Shown here: piece by piece, positions 12,164 to 24,408 of the stretch
Layout: every line of letters begins with the position of its first letter
How positions within the stretch are numbered: position 1 is the stretch's first letter
Origin: Elsinoe ampelina
Taxonomy: Eukaryota
Assembly: GCA_010093995.1 (NCBI GenBank)
Contig: ML992511.1
Location: 974,155-1,015,695, forward strand
DNA: 41,541 nt
Reading direction: 5' to 3'
Made by a program: the position numbers and the translations under genes
Notes under the pieces: generated by a model
The model's database searches: none
Seen by the model: the letters and a program-made list of their open reading frames with translations, nothing else
Told to the model about the DNA's origin: nothing

Positions 12164-13198
12164 ATGGGTTTCACCGACTTCGTGTCCGACTCGGGTCTCG
12201 CTCGTACGTCTCTACAACTTCTGACCGCTATCTGTAGCTGACCCTTCACAGTCCTTGAGCACTGGGTCACCAGCCGCAGCTACATTGTCGGGTATGTCTT
12301 ACCCTTCCTCTGATTTTCCGATCCCTCTCCTACTTGATGAAAAGCATTTGGTCCGTGTTTATGAGGCGGCTTAAGACCCCGCTATACGATTCCTCCAAAG
12401 CGCTCTGCGCAACTCTGAACACCTGCACAACGTTGATTCTGCATTGCGGTAAAACAGCAACAAGAGAAGTCAATCTGACGCTTGCATAGCTATGGCCCTT
12501 CTCAAGCCGATGTGAAGAGCTTCCAGGCCATCAAGACCGCTCCAGCTGTTGAGAAGTACCCCCACGCCTACCGCTGGTACAAGCACATCGCCTCGTACGA
12601 GTCCGAGTTTTCTTCTCTTCCTGGTGACCCAACCAAGGAATTCACCGCCTACGGACCTGAATCCTCCGAGCTCCCAGTCAACCCAGCCAAGGCCCCTGAA
12701 AAGGCCGAGGAGGATGACGATGATGTTGATCTTTTCGGATCTGATGATGAGGAGGAAGATGCTGAGGCTGCCCGCATTCGTGAGGAACGTCTCGCTGAGT
12801 ACGCCAAGAAGAAGGCCGGAAAGACCAAGCCCGCTGCGAAGTCTATCGTCACAATGGATGTCAAGCCATGGGGTAAGAGCAATTGTATATTTGGAGACTG
12901 AAGCACGACTGACAACTTATAGACGACGAGACGGATATGAAGGAGCTCGAAGCCAGCGTTCGTTCCATCGAGAAGGATGGTCTGGTTTGGGGTGCCTCCA
13001 AGGTAGGTCGATCATAATGTCTTCCTATTACACACTAACATTCGATAGCTCGTTGCCATTGGTTTCGGTATCAAGAAGCTGCAGATCAACTTGGTTGTGG
13101 AGGACGAGAAGGTCTCCTTGGATGAGCTTCAGGAGCAAATTGCAGAGTTTGAGGATTACGTTCAGTCCTCCGACATTGCCGCCATGCAGAAATTGTAA
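12164..13198 (+). CDS. EFB1: Translation elongation factor 1-beta, ~230 aa, 5 exons
   Basis: Exons 12164-12203, 12252-12291, 12490-12872, 12923-13002, 13049-13198. MGFTDF start, [42 protein letters not shown] stop. Confidence 0.96.
12331..12422 (+). ncRNA. snR18: Intronic box C/D snoRNA U18/snR18 (guides LSU rRNA 2'-O-methylation)
   Basis: Lies in the 198-nt intron 2 of EF1-beta (12292-12489). Box C TGATGA 12335-12340; guide TTGGTCCGTGTTT 12348-12360, complementary to the conserved LSU rRNA AAACACGGACCAA; D' ATGA 12361-12364; box D CTGA 12415-12418. Yeast snR18 is hosted in the EFB1 intron. Ends are approximate. Confidence 0.88.
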
Positions 13199-13433
13199 GG
13201 TGGACGTGTAGGAGATGCCGACGAGTTTCATACCAGCAATTGCATGCAGATAGACCATCAAAATGAAGACGACCAATGACCGAGACTTGCGAAAGCATTG
13301 ACGTGAGTAAACATGTGTTTGCGTCAAGGTTGCTTGTAGAGTCGTGCCAAGGCCTGCATTGCTCCACCTCAAGAGGAAGCTTCCGATCATTTCAAAGTCA
13401 CTCCACGACCGACCTTCACAATTAAACATCGTC

Positions 13434-13915
13434 ATGGGGATACTTTCCAATGGGCTGAATGCCCTTGGACTAGTCCTGTTGATCCACGCGTAAGTGATCC
13501 GCTTCCTCTACCTGATCAGCACCTGACACGTTGTAGCGTCTACTCCGCGTACGAAGTCGCAACATATCCTGCACTCCCATCAGAGCCATTGACGACCACT
13601 ACGCCTTCATCTACACCGGGAGTCAACGCAGCTACATCGCCCAAGTTCGCTCTACCTACCGACATCACCATCGAGATCCTCACGTCTGTGCTACTGCTCT
13701 GCATCGGCATCGTGCTTGGTGCTCCAGACCTGAAGCCCATACAATGGAGAGTCTGGGCAGGCAAGATTGAGAAGGAGAAGCGAAAGCCATTGAAGAACTT
13801 GGACGAAGGATTTGGAGGAAACCCATACATTGGTCTGGAGCAGAGAGCAGGATTTCTGGACATCAGAGCGGAGCGGAAGAAGTTTGCCCAGTGGGTCAAG
13901 GAGGGTGGTTCATGA
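13434..13915 (+). CDS. EMC5: ER membrane protein complex subunit 5 / membrane magnesium transporter (MMgT) family
   Basis: Exons 13434-13489 and 13537-13915. GLVLLIHAVYSAYE, LPTDITIE, a second TM helix, LKPI and GFLDIR are typical of fungal EMC5. Confidence 0.85.
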
Positions 13916-14285
13916 CGAGGACATGGTAGATATTGTACAATGAAATGTCATACAGGCTATGCTATGGATACTCTGACACTGTTCGGGACAATAATCATGG
14001 TGGCCATTTTCCGTGAGTACGTTCTCAAGTCAGCTTGTGGTTCTGGTGTACCACGCATATTTGCCTGCATGAACATGATCCTAGCTGAGACACACAAGCA
14101 CTTAAGCTACTTCACAGATCATTGACGAACACAGTCAGTCTGACGAAGAAGTAGGCCGAGAGGGAATTACAAAATCATTCTTGGACCAGCTACTTACCCG
14201 ATTCGGTCAGCCTGCCACTCCCCTTCAACTCATCCCATGATCAGTGACATGTGGGACTATACCAAGCAGTACTTCAGAAGAATGC

Positions 14286-17200
14286 ATGATGCCTGCTAAT
14301 TCCTCCCAAACATCTTCTAGGTCAACCCAGCGGAGGTACAGAGGTCGTCAAGCAAAAGGTCGTGGCCTGCACTCGTCCGATGCAACCCATCGCCAACATG
14401 CATTACAATCAAGCTCATCACCTGCCAACCGCAGCTCACAGGTGATTCGAGAGTCACCTCTCCATCCTGCATCGAATCGACAAGCCACTCCTGCAAGCTC
14501 CGCTACATCGTCAGCATTCCTGCCAGGCGGTATCCTTCCAAGCGAGCTGAGGGATGATCAAGATCTGGATGACGATTTCCTACAGGAGATCATCATGGCC
14601 ATCAATGTAAGAGAGAGAGGCTCCGTCGGCTGTGCCTACTACGTCGCGAGGGACGAGAAGTTGTATTGCATGGAGGATGTGAAGCAGGGTGGACCAGAGA
14701 TTGTTGATGCTTGTAGGTTGAGCACGTTGATGTTGGTATATATAAGCTAATCACAGGACAGTGAAAGCATTCGTCAGTCCTACGAGTATCATTGTACCTT
14801 TCAATCTGGACGAATCTGTCCTCGATCTCATCGACATCCAGAGGAACAACGTGGACGGAGACAGCATTCACAGTGAGCCGCCTGGACTGCCTTACACCGT
14901 AGACTTCAGGGTCTCAGGGGACTTCAAGTACGAAGCCGCTCGAGATAAGCTGATCAACCTTCGAATCGGGTATAGACATGGACCTCGAGTCATCCTGATG
15001 GTGCCAGGAGATGTTGCCGCGATAGATGAACCTGACGACTTTGCTCAAGAGACAGCGAATAGGGTGGACAACCTCCTTTCATTGGGCTGCTCGATCAACG
15101 TCGAGTCTCAACTGTCCATTGGATGTGCTGGTGCAATTCTCAATCATATCGGTCGCCGACGCAATGCAGCATTCATACCTGGAGACACAGCCGCAGCCAA
15201 CTTCTTCCGCATCTCAAGCATAGCAATGTTCTCCCTCGGAGGCTTCATGTTCGTCAACTCAGATACTCTAGCTTCCCTCCAAGTCATCCAATCCGAGGCA
15301 CATCCGTCTGCTCAGAATCATAGCATGGCCAGTTCAGGCTCAAAGGAAGGCTTGTCCGTCTATGGCCTTTTCCATCACTTCGCAAGGACGACACAAGGCA
15401 AATCCACACTGCGTCAGTACTTCCTCCGCCCATCAGTCAACATCGAAGTCATCAACCACAGACTTGATGCAATATCCACATTCATCCGGCCAGACAACCA
15501 ACCCTTGATGGACAAGATGGTCAGCCACCTCAGGGCGGTCAAGAACATGCACACGGTACTACTCCACGTCCGCAAAGGGAACAGCACCAATATTATGCCA
15601 GGTCGTTCCGCTGGCATTCACCGCACAGTCTGGTCGAACATCCGAGAATTTCTCTATCGTGCTCTGGAGATCCGTCAGGCATTCGAGGAGATCTCGGGCG
15701 CCCATCGGCTCGCCATCTTTGGTAAAGTCATGCGACATTTCGACGGTCGCACCATGTCAGTCATTGGCAATACTATCGGTAATACCATTGACTTTGAGCT
15801 CTCCATCGAACAGCACAGATCTGTGGTCAAAGCTGGGGTCGACTTTGAGCTGGACGAGATCAAGCGTACTTATGCCGGCATGGATGATATGCTTTCTCAT
15901 GTTGCAGCAGCAATGGCACGTACAATCTCGCCAATCTATAATGCGCAGCTCAATGTCATATTTTTCCCGCAAATCGGCTTTCTCATTTCAGTTCGCCGCA
16001 TACCTGATACAACAAGGGGCGTCTACGCCGGTGAAGAAGACGCTCCTTGGGATCAGCAGTTCTACACAGGCGACTACGTCTACTACAAGGACTCAAGAAC
16101 AAGAGCCATGGACGAAGAGTATGGCGACGTCTACGGTAGTATCTGTGATCGAGAGATCGAGATCATCCAGCGACTCGGCGAACAAGTCCTGCAACATGAG
16201 GAACTGCTCTGCACCGTCTCGGATGTTTGTGGCGAGCTGGATTGCTTACTTGCACTGGCTCAAGGCGCAAGGGAGTACAATTTCTGTCGACCACACATGA
16301 CCGACGAGAATGTGCTGCAGATCAAAGCAGGTCGGCATATTCTCCAGGAACGTACTGTACCGACGTTCATAGCCAACGACACATCACTGGTAGGTGGCGG
16401 AGGTCAAGATGCCGTAGCTGAGGATGACCCGGAAAACGAGACCGAATCCACTGGGCCCAGTATGATGCTCATCACAGGTCCAAACTATTCCGGGAAGAGT
16501 GTTTACCTGAAGCAAGTTGCTCTGATCACCCTCATGGCACATATTGGCAGCTTTGTCCCAGCTGAAAGTGCTGTCATCGGCCTGACGGACAAGATATTGA
16601 CTCGCATCTGGACGCGAGAGAGCGTTTCGCGAGCACAGAGTGCCTTCATAATCGACTTGCAGCAAATGTCCCTCGGTCTTAGTCTTGCGACGAGAAGAAG
16701 CTTGATTGTCATCGATGAGTTTGGGAAAGGTACAGACTCTCATGGTAGGAAAACGTGATTGTCCAACTGAGATTGAGACTGACAAGGAACAGACGGCGCT
16801 GGGCTGGCGGCAGGAGTATTCACCTACCTGCTCTCACTCGGCTGTGAACGTCCTCGGGTTGTTGCCGCAACGCATTTTCATGGTGACCAGCCTCGATCTT
16901 CAGACATTCAAATCATCTGACTCTTGCTAGAAATCTTCCATGGCGCCTTGCTTTCTCCTCATACCAGTCTGGCCTTCCACCAGATGCGCATCCTGCTGTC
17001 TCAGAATGTTATCGCGGCACAACGTCCTCAACCTTCAAATCCCTCATCAGCTGCCTCGTCCATTGCCTCTTCCCTGTCGTCGGAGGAGATCACATATCTT
17101 TACGCTCTGGAACCAGGACGTACCTCGTCTTCGTACGGCACGATCTGTGCAAAGATGAATGGTGTACCAAACCATGTAGTCAGATATGCAGATGACATGA

Positions 17201-17427
17201 TGTCTGCAAGTGAGAGAGGTGAGGATCTGGTTGCTCTTTGCGCGAAGATGGGTTGCCAGGAAAAGGACGAATTGAAAGAGGCAGAGGATATTGCGCGGAG
17301 ATTTCTGATAGGCGAGATCGGGCCTCGCGAAAGTGATCAAGAAGGCGACGCAACAGAAGAAGAGAATGAGGAGCATGTGAAGGCCTGGTTGGGGACGGTT
17401 CTGGGAGCAGTGGCTGCTGTTTCGTGA
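14286..17427 (+). CDS. MSH5: Meiotic MutS homolog 5, ~998 aa, 4 exons
   Basis: Exons 14286-14712, 14762-16744, 16793-16882, 16931-17427. ITGPNYSGKSVYLKQVAL, SAFIIDLQQ, IDEFGKGTDSHDGAGL, ATHFHE, SSYGTICA; no mismatch-binding domain I. Confidence 0.9.
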
Positions 17428-17539
17428 TGCTTGACCTTTCAGACATGCGGCAAGAACGACCAACCGGTGAACATGACGGATTGCTCTCCCGCCATGATCA
17501 TAAACAGACTTGCTCACCGACTCGCTCGTATCTCTACGC

Positions 17540-18131
17540 ATGATATCCCCGACTCTTTTCCAAAAACCGTCAATGCCCGTCACCGTGCCGTGCCCGGACG
17601 GGGCCACTCGTTGGAGGTGCATCCCAAGAGAGTGGAAAATCATTATTTTCCTGGCCACAGGTATCATCGCGCTCATGTGCCTCGCCCTCTACGTTCTTAC
17701 CTTCTTGCGGCGATATCGGTGGGAACCCGAACTACGGAGGAGGATACTCATCAAGATGGAAGAGAAGGCTCTAGCTCAGGACAGATGCGAGAGGAATATG
17801 CCCATCGACGGGAGGGAGAACACAATGAGTCAAAGTCTTGTGAGCAGAGGGACGCCACTGTCTACTACGGACGAGATTGGAGACAATACTGTCACCACCC
17901 CCGAGAGTCTTGAAAAAGGTGAGTGGAGGTCACGAAACATGAGAGAAATTGGCTAATGAGCCTGCCGCAGCCACATTGAAAGACGAATCCCAGACACTGC
18001 ACACCAGCACCTCGAGTTACCACGATCCCGGTACTCCTGTTCAAGAACCATCAATTATACGAGTATACGGCGGAGGAGGTATCGTTGATGAGGGAAACGA
18101 ATCAAGACACAACGTGGTACCTACTATATGA
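17540..18131 (+). CDS. Orphan single-pass membrane protein (~179 aa), 2 exons
   Basis: Intron 17919-17970 (GTGAGT..GCTAAT..CAG) joins ORF 17510-17956 in frame to ORF 17949-18131. One strong TM segment IIIFLATGIIALMCLALYVLTFL followed by RRYR. Confidence 0.6.
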
Positions 18132-18605
18132 CCTGAGTATTACCTGAGACATTCCGACGGAATCATTAACAAACATGGGAGACAAGCCCTACCAGTTTTT
18201 GACACCTGCTGTGCCGTGTCATGTTGATTAGTTGTGCCTCCGATCAGCTTTCACAGCTTGTCTCCCTTCTCGCCTCCCATCAAGCCATCAAGCTCCATGT
18301 CGAGACACAATCTCATCCAGACTGGCATCACATGCACCCTCCTCTCCACAGCAAATCATCTCAATCTCGCCATGGCTCGACTCGCCAAATTTAAGCTTTA
18401 CCAAGTCTAGGGACGCCGCTTGGCCGTAGCTTGACCCGAACGCCGCAAAGCTTGGGTTTCTGGGCATTTGATTCGTGGAAGAAAAACACAAACGATCCAC
18501 CTTTCCCACAGACCAACACCAATCCAACCGTCTCGCAACCGTTCCAGGACTTTGCTTCGCGGTCTATCGACACATGATCTGCCCAGCCCGCGTTCGTCCC
18601 GGTGT

Positions 18606-18913
18606 CTCCGCCTTTTCGCGCTTCCTCTCTAGCCGAGATGAAGTGCACTCGTCGCAGCTCCAGCTCTACGAGTCCGGGGCCCCAGTGGCGCTGGAACCAC
18701 CTGCGTGTCGAGACAGGCATTCCCACGACCCGCACCCGTACGTGCCGTTTGGAACAATTCTTCCGTGAGTGAGGTGTCTAGGGCTGGACGGACAAATCTC
18801 TTTTCCCTTCCCTCGGGTTCGTGAGGCGCGGGGAGACGTACTTAAGATACCCTGTATCCTAGCTGTTGATCTCGAGGTAGATTTGAGGTTTTTCTATCGT
18901 TGTTGTCGCGGAG
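18606..18913. promoter_or_regulatory. Cluster of SYGGRG (CreA/Mig1-type) motifs upstream of the sugar transporter
   Basis: CTCCGC 18606, CCGGGG 18674, CCCCAG 18680, GCGGGG 18828, GCGGAG 18908. The motif is short and degenerate; function is inferred. Confidence 0.3.
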
Positions 18914-18989
18914 ATTACTGTGTCTTCGTTGAGGTCGGACTACACATACGCTTAGAGATTCAACTGAGCAGGGCTCACTTACGGCTATC

Positions 18990-20678
18990 ATGGCTATCAT
19001 GACAGGCAAGCGTGCCTACAATTGGTACATCTCGCTCGTTGCGGCATCTTGCATGGTGTTGTACGGATACGATGCGTCCGTCTATAACGCCGTCCAGGGA
19101 TCGAAGAACTGGGTTGCTTTCTTCAACAAGCCGAATCCTCAACTTATCGGAGCCGTCAACACTGCTTACACCGTCGGTGCTATCGTCGCTGGTTGGTTCA
19201 TGGGTGGTCCCCTTGCCGATTACGCCGGTCGTAGGGTCGGTATGGCTACTGGTGCTCTTTTGACCATCGTCGCCACTATCATGCAGGCTTTCTCTCCTCG
19301 CGGCAACCTTGGTGTCTTTATCGGTGGTCGTGTCATTATCGGTATTGGTCAGGGTCTGGCTCTTACTGCTGGTTCTATCTACATTGGAGAGTGCTCTCCC
19401 GCACACATTCGTGGAAAGATCATGTCTTTCTGGCAGATGTTCTACTCGGTCGGATCGTGAGTAATCGGGACGACAGAAGGTGTGATCAGAGATACTGACT
19501 TTTCTCTCAAGTTTCATCGCCTACTGGGTCAACTACGCTTGCCAGAAGAACAAAGAGCACTTGGGAGAGTGGGGTGAGTCTTGCCTTCCGACATGAAAAC
19601 AAGGATTAATTTCTGACTGATCCAACAGACTGGCGCATGGTTGTCTTCTTCCAGATGCTCGTACCCATCATCATTCTCGCCCAGGTCTTCATCATTCCCG
19701 AAACTCCACGTTGGCTCTGCAGCAAGGGCAAGTTCGAGGCAGCCAAGGCGTCACTCCGCAAGATCCGTGATACCGAGGAGGAAGTCGAGGACGAAGTCTT
19801 GACCATCCGCGAGGCTCTCGAGTTCGAGAAGGAGGCCATCTCCTCATCATACTCTGCTCTCTGGAAGGATCCTTCCGTCCGCAAGCGTCTCTTGCTCGCC
19901 TTTGTCATCAACGCCGGTCAACAGATCACTGGTCAAGGTACACTCAACACCTACTCCACCAAGGTCTACCAGAAGGTCTTCAACAACAACGACACCATCG
20001 CTCTCATCAATGCTCTCAACGCTACCTTCTCCATCCTGTTCACCCTCAACGCTACCTGGACTGTTGACCGCTTCGGCCGCAAATTCTTGTTCATCGTAGG
20101 TGCCATCGGTATGGGATGCTGCATGCTCATCGTCGCGCCAGTCAAGACGGAGACACCTAACCTACCAAACGGTGGGAAGAGTCTGCCAGTCGGCATTGCA
20201 ATCGTGTTCCTGCTGTTCCTGTTCGCCTTCTTCTGTAAGTTGACCACCATTACCTCATACACTACAGCCGTCCTAACACACCCCAGACAAGCCTTCTTGG
20301 GGCGCCACAACCTGGATCTGGACATCCGAGATCTTCTCCATGAACGTCCGCGCCCAAGCCGTCGGCATGGCCTCGCAGACGCAAAACATTGCCAACTCGA
20401 TCGTGCAGCAATTCTTCCCCACCTTTCTGGCCAACTGCGACTTCTACGCTTTCTACATGTTCGCGGGGATCAATTTCTTGTTGGCTGTGTTTGTGTTCTT
20501 CCTCATTCCTGAGACGAGGAACGTCGCGCTCGAGGAGATTGATGTTCTCTTTGGTGGAAGTAACCATGTGGAGAAGGGTGGTGATATTTTGGGGATTGAG
20601 GATGCGCATCATACCCATGGTGTTGATATTGATAGGAAGTTGGCCGATGTGCAGACTGTTGAGGAGGTTAAGAGGTAG
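18990..20678 (+). CDS. MFS sugar porter family transporter (~508 aa), 4 exons
   Basis: Exons 18990-19456, 19512-19573, 19629-20234, 20287-20678. LYGYD, D-Y-GRR, YIGECSPAHIRG, PETPRWL, QQITG, VDRFGRK, SEIFSMNVRA, PETR. Confidence 0.93.
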
Positions 20679-21186
20679 ATTTTGTGTGATTAATGGGTGT
20701 GTGGTGGGGCTGAGGCAATCAATGCTTGTTACCAGATTATGTTCATCTTCGCAGTGCGCGACCTGTGACTCCAGTGTCATTCCGTTATGTGAGGATAGAC
20801 ATGAAGCATCGGTGGGAAGCATGGTATACGCAATGTCTGCCGAAGCCTGATGATTCCGCAATGGGGGCAGAATTGCGGTCTTACGTAAATTTTACAGATT
20901 TGATCCTTACAATTGCGGAGTTACTACTAATTCGTGCAGCCGACATGTTGATCCTCATCGATCATGGTCGCATTTGCGCGAATCGTGGTGGTGAGTCTGG
21001 TAGGCCTTGAAATTCAGCCGCACCTCATGTCAAAGTCCTCGATGATGACGCTGCGTTGCTGCAGCAAGAGCACAGACCACTTTCGTCAAACATGCTGCCC
21101 AATCGAGCATTCCATCTTCGACTTTCACATACCTTTCCCACATGCAACGGCTATCCTCAACGTCCGGCAGCAACTGTCACTCGACC

Positions 21187-21870
21187 ATGCCACGACTTCT
21201 GATATCGATCCTCCTCACTCTCCGACTCACTACCGCCTCTCTCTTCCTCCCTTTCCTCGACCCTCTCACAACAGACCAAATCCCTCTCCCCGCCCTATCC
21301 AACGTCACCGACGACTCCCCCGACTCCCCCTTCGACCTCTCCAAACGCCAGACCCTCTCCACCGGCTGTCCCGCCAACTACGGCTCCTGCGCCAACCTCG
21401 GCGCCTCCGGCCTCTGCTGCGCCAACAACGCCATCTGCACCGCCGACAACGCCGGGTACGTCGCCTGCTGCCCGATCGGCGCGGCCTGCACGGGGACAAT
21501 CACGGGCATAGTAACAGGAGGGACGATACCGCCGGGGGGCACATCGACGCGGCCGACGACAACGACGAATGCGGTGTTGACGGGGACGACGTCGGTCACG
21601 ACGACGGGGCTGTTCAGCAGTGCGACGACGCCGAATAATGGGCTTGTGGTGGCGGGAGGAGGGGCGACGGCGAGTTTGGGCGCGACGACTACGAACGGGG
21701 GGTTTATAATTTCGGGGGGCACGACGGTGGCGAGTCCGGCGGGGGCGGAGAGGGGGGTCAAGGTGGTGAGTACTTGTTGTGAAGATGTAGAGGGGAGGAA
21801 TGCTGACTTTGTCTAGCCGTGGGTTGCGGAGGTGATTTTGGCGGCGTGTCAGGGTTTGAGGTTGTTGTGA
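21187..21870 (+). CDS. Secreted Cys-rich, Thr/Gly-rich, probably GPI-anchored cell-surface protein
   Basis: Signal peptide MPRLLISILLTLRLTTAS; Kex2-type KR site before QTLS; 8-Cys module CPANYGSC..LCC..C..ACCP..C; T/G-rich stalk; intron 21766-21816 gives hydrophobic tail PWVAEVILAACQGLRLL*. Confidence 0.8.
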
Positions 21871-22254
21871 GGGATTGGTACAGGCTGGGGGCAGGGGGGG
21901 ATTGGGAATGGGGAGCAGGAGCAGTATGTACATACCACTATGGCTGGGATCAATGCCATGGCTTCTTCACGCAGATAGTAATGACCAAAATATTCCATCT
22001 CTCGAGTCCAAGGTACCAGCCCGAGCTCCTGCTCCAGCTCCGCGATCACGTGCCCTACTCCGCAAAAAGGCTGTCAGCGGCTCAACACTCTCCCCCATCT
22101 CGGCTCAAAAATTCCTCGGCTACCAACGGCCTAGGTGCTCTCTCCTTGCGACCTGCCGTCTGGGACAGTACCATATCCACCACGAAACGAAAAATTACAA
22201 CCATGTAGCCTTCTCCCTCTTCTTGTCTCACCTCCCCTGTACAATCCTATAATC

Positions 22255-23818
22255 ATGTCCGTTTGCCGCGCCTGCCGCACCGCCCTGCACGCCCGGACAC
22301 CGAGTCTATCCCGCAACGCAGGCCCAGGGCCGGGGCAGGTCAAGAGGGCGTTCCACGCCTCGAGACGGTGGGATGTGGTGAAGCCGTTTTTGCTGGCGGA
22401 TATTGGGGAAGGTGAGCGGGCGTGTTCTCGGGGGAGGGAAAGGGGGGCTGACATGTGCAGGGACGCGCGAGTGTCAGATTATACAGTGGTTTGTGCAGCC
22501 TGGGGCGAGGGTGGAGCAGTTTGATAAGATTTGCGAGGTGCAGTCTGATAAGACGGCTACGGATGTAAGAGGCACGTGAAGAGGGATGGGGAGGGGATGC
22601 TGAAGTGAGGATAGATTACGTCGCCTTTTGATGGGGTGATTAAGAAGTTGCATTATGAGGCGGATGATATGGCGATTGTTGGGAAGGTGAGTGGGTCTGG
22701 ATTGGCAAGGGGGAGAGTGCTGATGTGTGTAGCCGCTGGTGGATATTGATATACAGAGCGACATCTCGCCGGCGGACGAGGCCAAGTTGGGAGGAGCAGG
22801 GGGTGCTGCGTCCAAGGAGGGGGAGAAGGTCGGGAAGAGTGGGAGCACACCGGATGTGGTTGCGGAGGCGACACCTACGGACACGACGAGCACGAGAGGA
22901 CTACCGTCGAGAAACAATGGTCAGCACAAGTCGCTCGCGACACCGGCGGTGCGGCATCTCAGTAAGGAGTTGAATGTCAGGATAGAGGATGTCGAGGGTA
23001 CGGGCAAGGACGGGAGGGTGACGAAGGAGGACGTGCACAAGTTCGCGAATGGCTCATCGCAAACGACACCCACGATGCCGACACCACAATCCATCTCGCG
23101 ACCATCGGCGGAGGACCGGCAAGTCAGCCTCACGCCCATTCAGTCGGCCATGTTCAAGACCATGACGCGGTCGCTCTCAATTCCTCACTTCCTATACACA
23201 ATGACAGTCGACATGTCTCCACTTACTCGGCTGCGGACACTGATCAACACATCCCGCGACAAGTCGACACGCATCACACCTCTACCATTCATTCTCAAAG
23301 CCGTGTCTCTCGCGTTCCAACACCATCCGATACTCAATTCGCATCTCGACACAAGCGACCCGAAGAAACCTCAGCTCACCTACCGCGGTACTCACGACTT
23401 TGGCATAGCGGTCGACACACCCAATGGACTCGTCGTGCCCGTTATCCGTAACGTGCAAGGCCAATCCGTAGCCGAACTGGCGATCAGTATCAAAGCCATG
23501 TCCGAAAAGGCACAGGCTGGGAAGCTGCAGAAAGAGGATCTGTCAGGGGCGACATTCACGGTGAGCAATATCGGATCGATAGGAGGTGGTGTCGTAGCGC
23601 CTGTCATTGTAGAGCCTCAGGTAGGAATTGTCGGAGTAGGACGGAGTAAGGTTGTGCCTGCTTTTGGCGAGAATGGTGAGCTGGTGAAAAGGGAAGAGCT
23701 CGTGCTGAGCTGGTCGGCAGATCACAGGGTCGTGGATGGAGCTGAGGCTGCGAGGGCTGCGGAGAGGGTCAAGGGTTATCTAGAACGGGTGGAGACTTGG
23801 GCATTGGAGTTGAGATAA
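22255..23818 (+). CDS. Branched-chain alpha-keto acid dehydrogenase E2 (dihydrolipoyl transacylase), mitochondrial, 4 exons
   Basis: Exons 22255-22411, 22461-22564, 22615-22686, 22733-23818. Lipoyl domain LADIGEG..CEVQSDK..ITSPFDG; E3-binding ATPAVRHL..GTGKDGRVTKED; catalytic SADHRVVDG. Confidence 0.93.
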
Positions 23819-24408
23819 GTAAAAGCATTTTTTACATGTAGAGCATGATCAGGTAATGCATGGAAATGGAAAATGATGCTAAATGAAAGCACTGCCATGT
23901 AACTACTTAAATGGATATATTTGAGCTGTCGATCTTTGCGGCTGATGTTTGCCTGTAGACAAGCTGGTTGTTAAAAATGGCTCGGGCAAGTTTAACCAAG
24001 TTGTTAGCGTGGTTCGGGCCCGGGATCAGGGTCAGATTTGATGAATCCGCGCATGTGAATGATGAGACTGAGGGACCCGTCGCGCAAGGACCAGCAGATG
24101 CGGAAACGCCATGCATGCATTCGACCATCCGCGTCTACATCCTCGACACGCAATCGCTTCCGCCAACACAATTCTTAATCTTCTCTTGTCAATATTTTCA
24201 GATCCCGTACAAACCCTTGCCATCCACGTCCGAACATCACCACGCTCGCTGCCGCTATACGAAATCATCCCTGCGAAACCCTAAACCGTGTTTCAGCTCT
24301 CCCCAAAACTTTACTGCAGGTCAGCCCTGACATGTCGTCCTAAATTCACCCTTCGCGCCAAATGCTGGCATCTGAAGAGAAAGAGCTCCTGGTGGGAGTG
24401 CACATATC

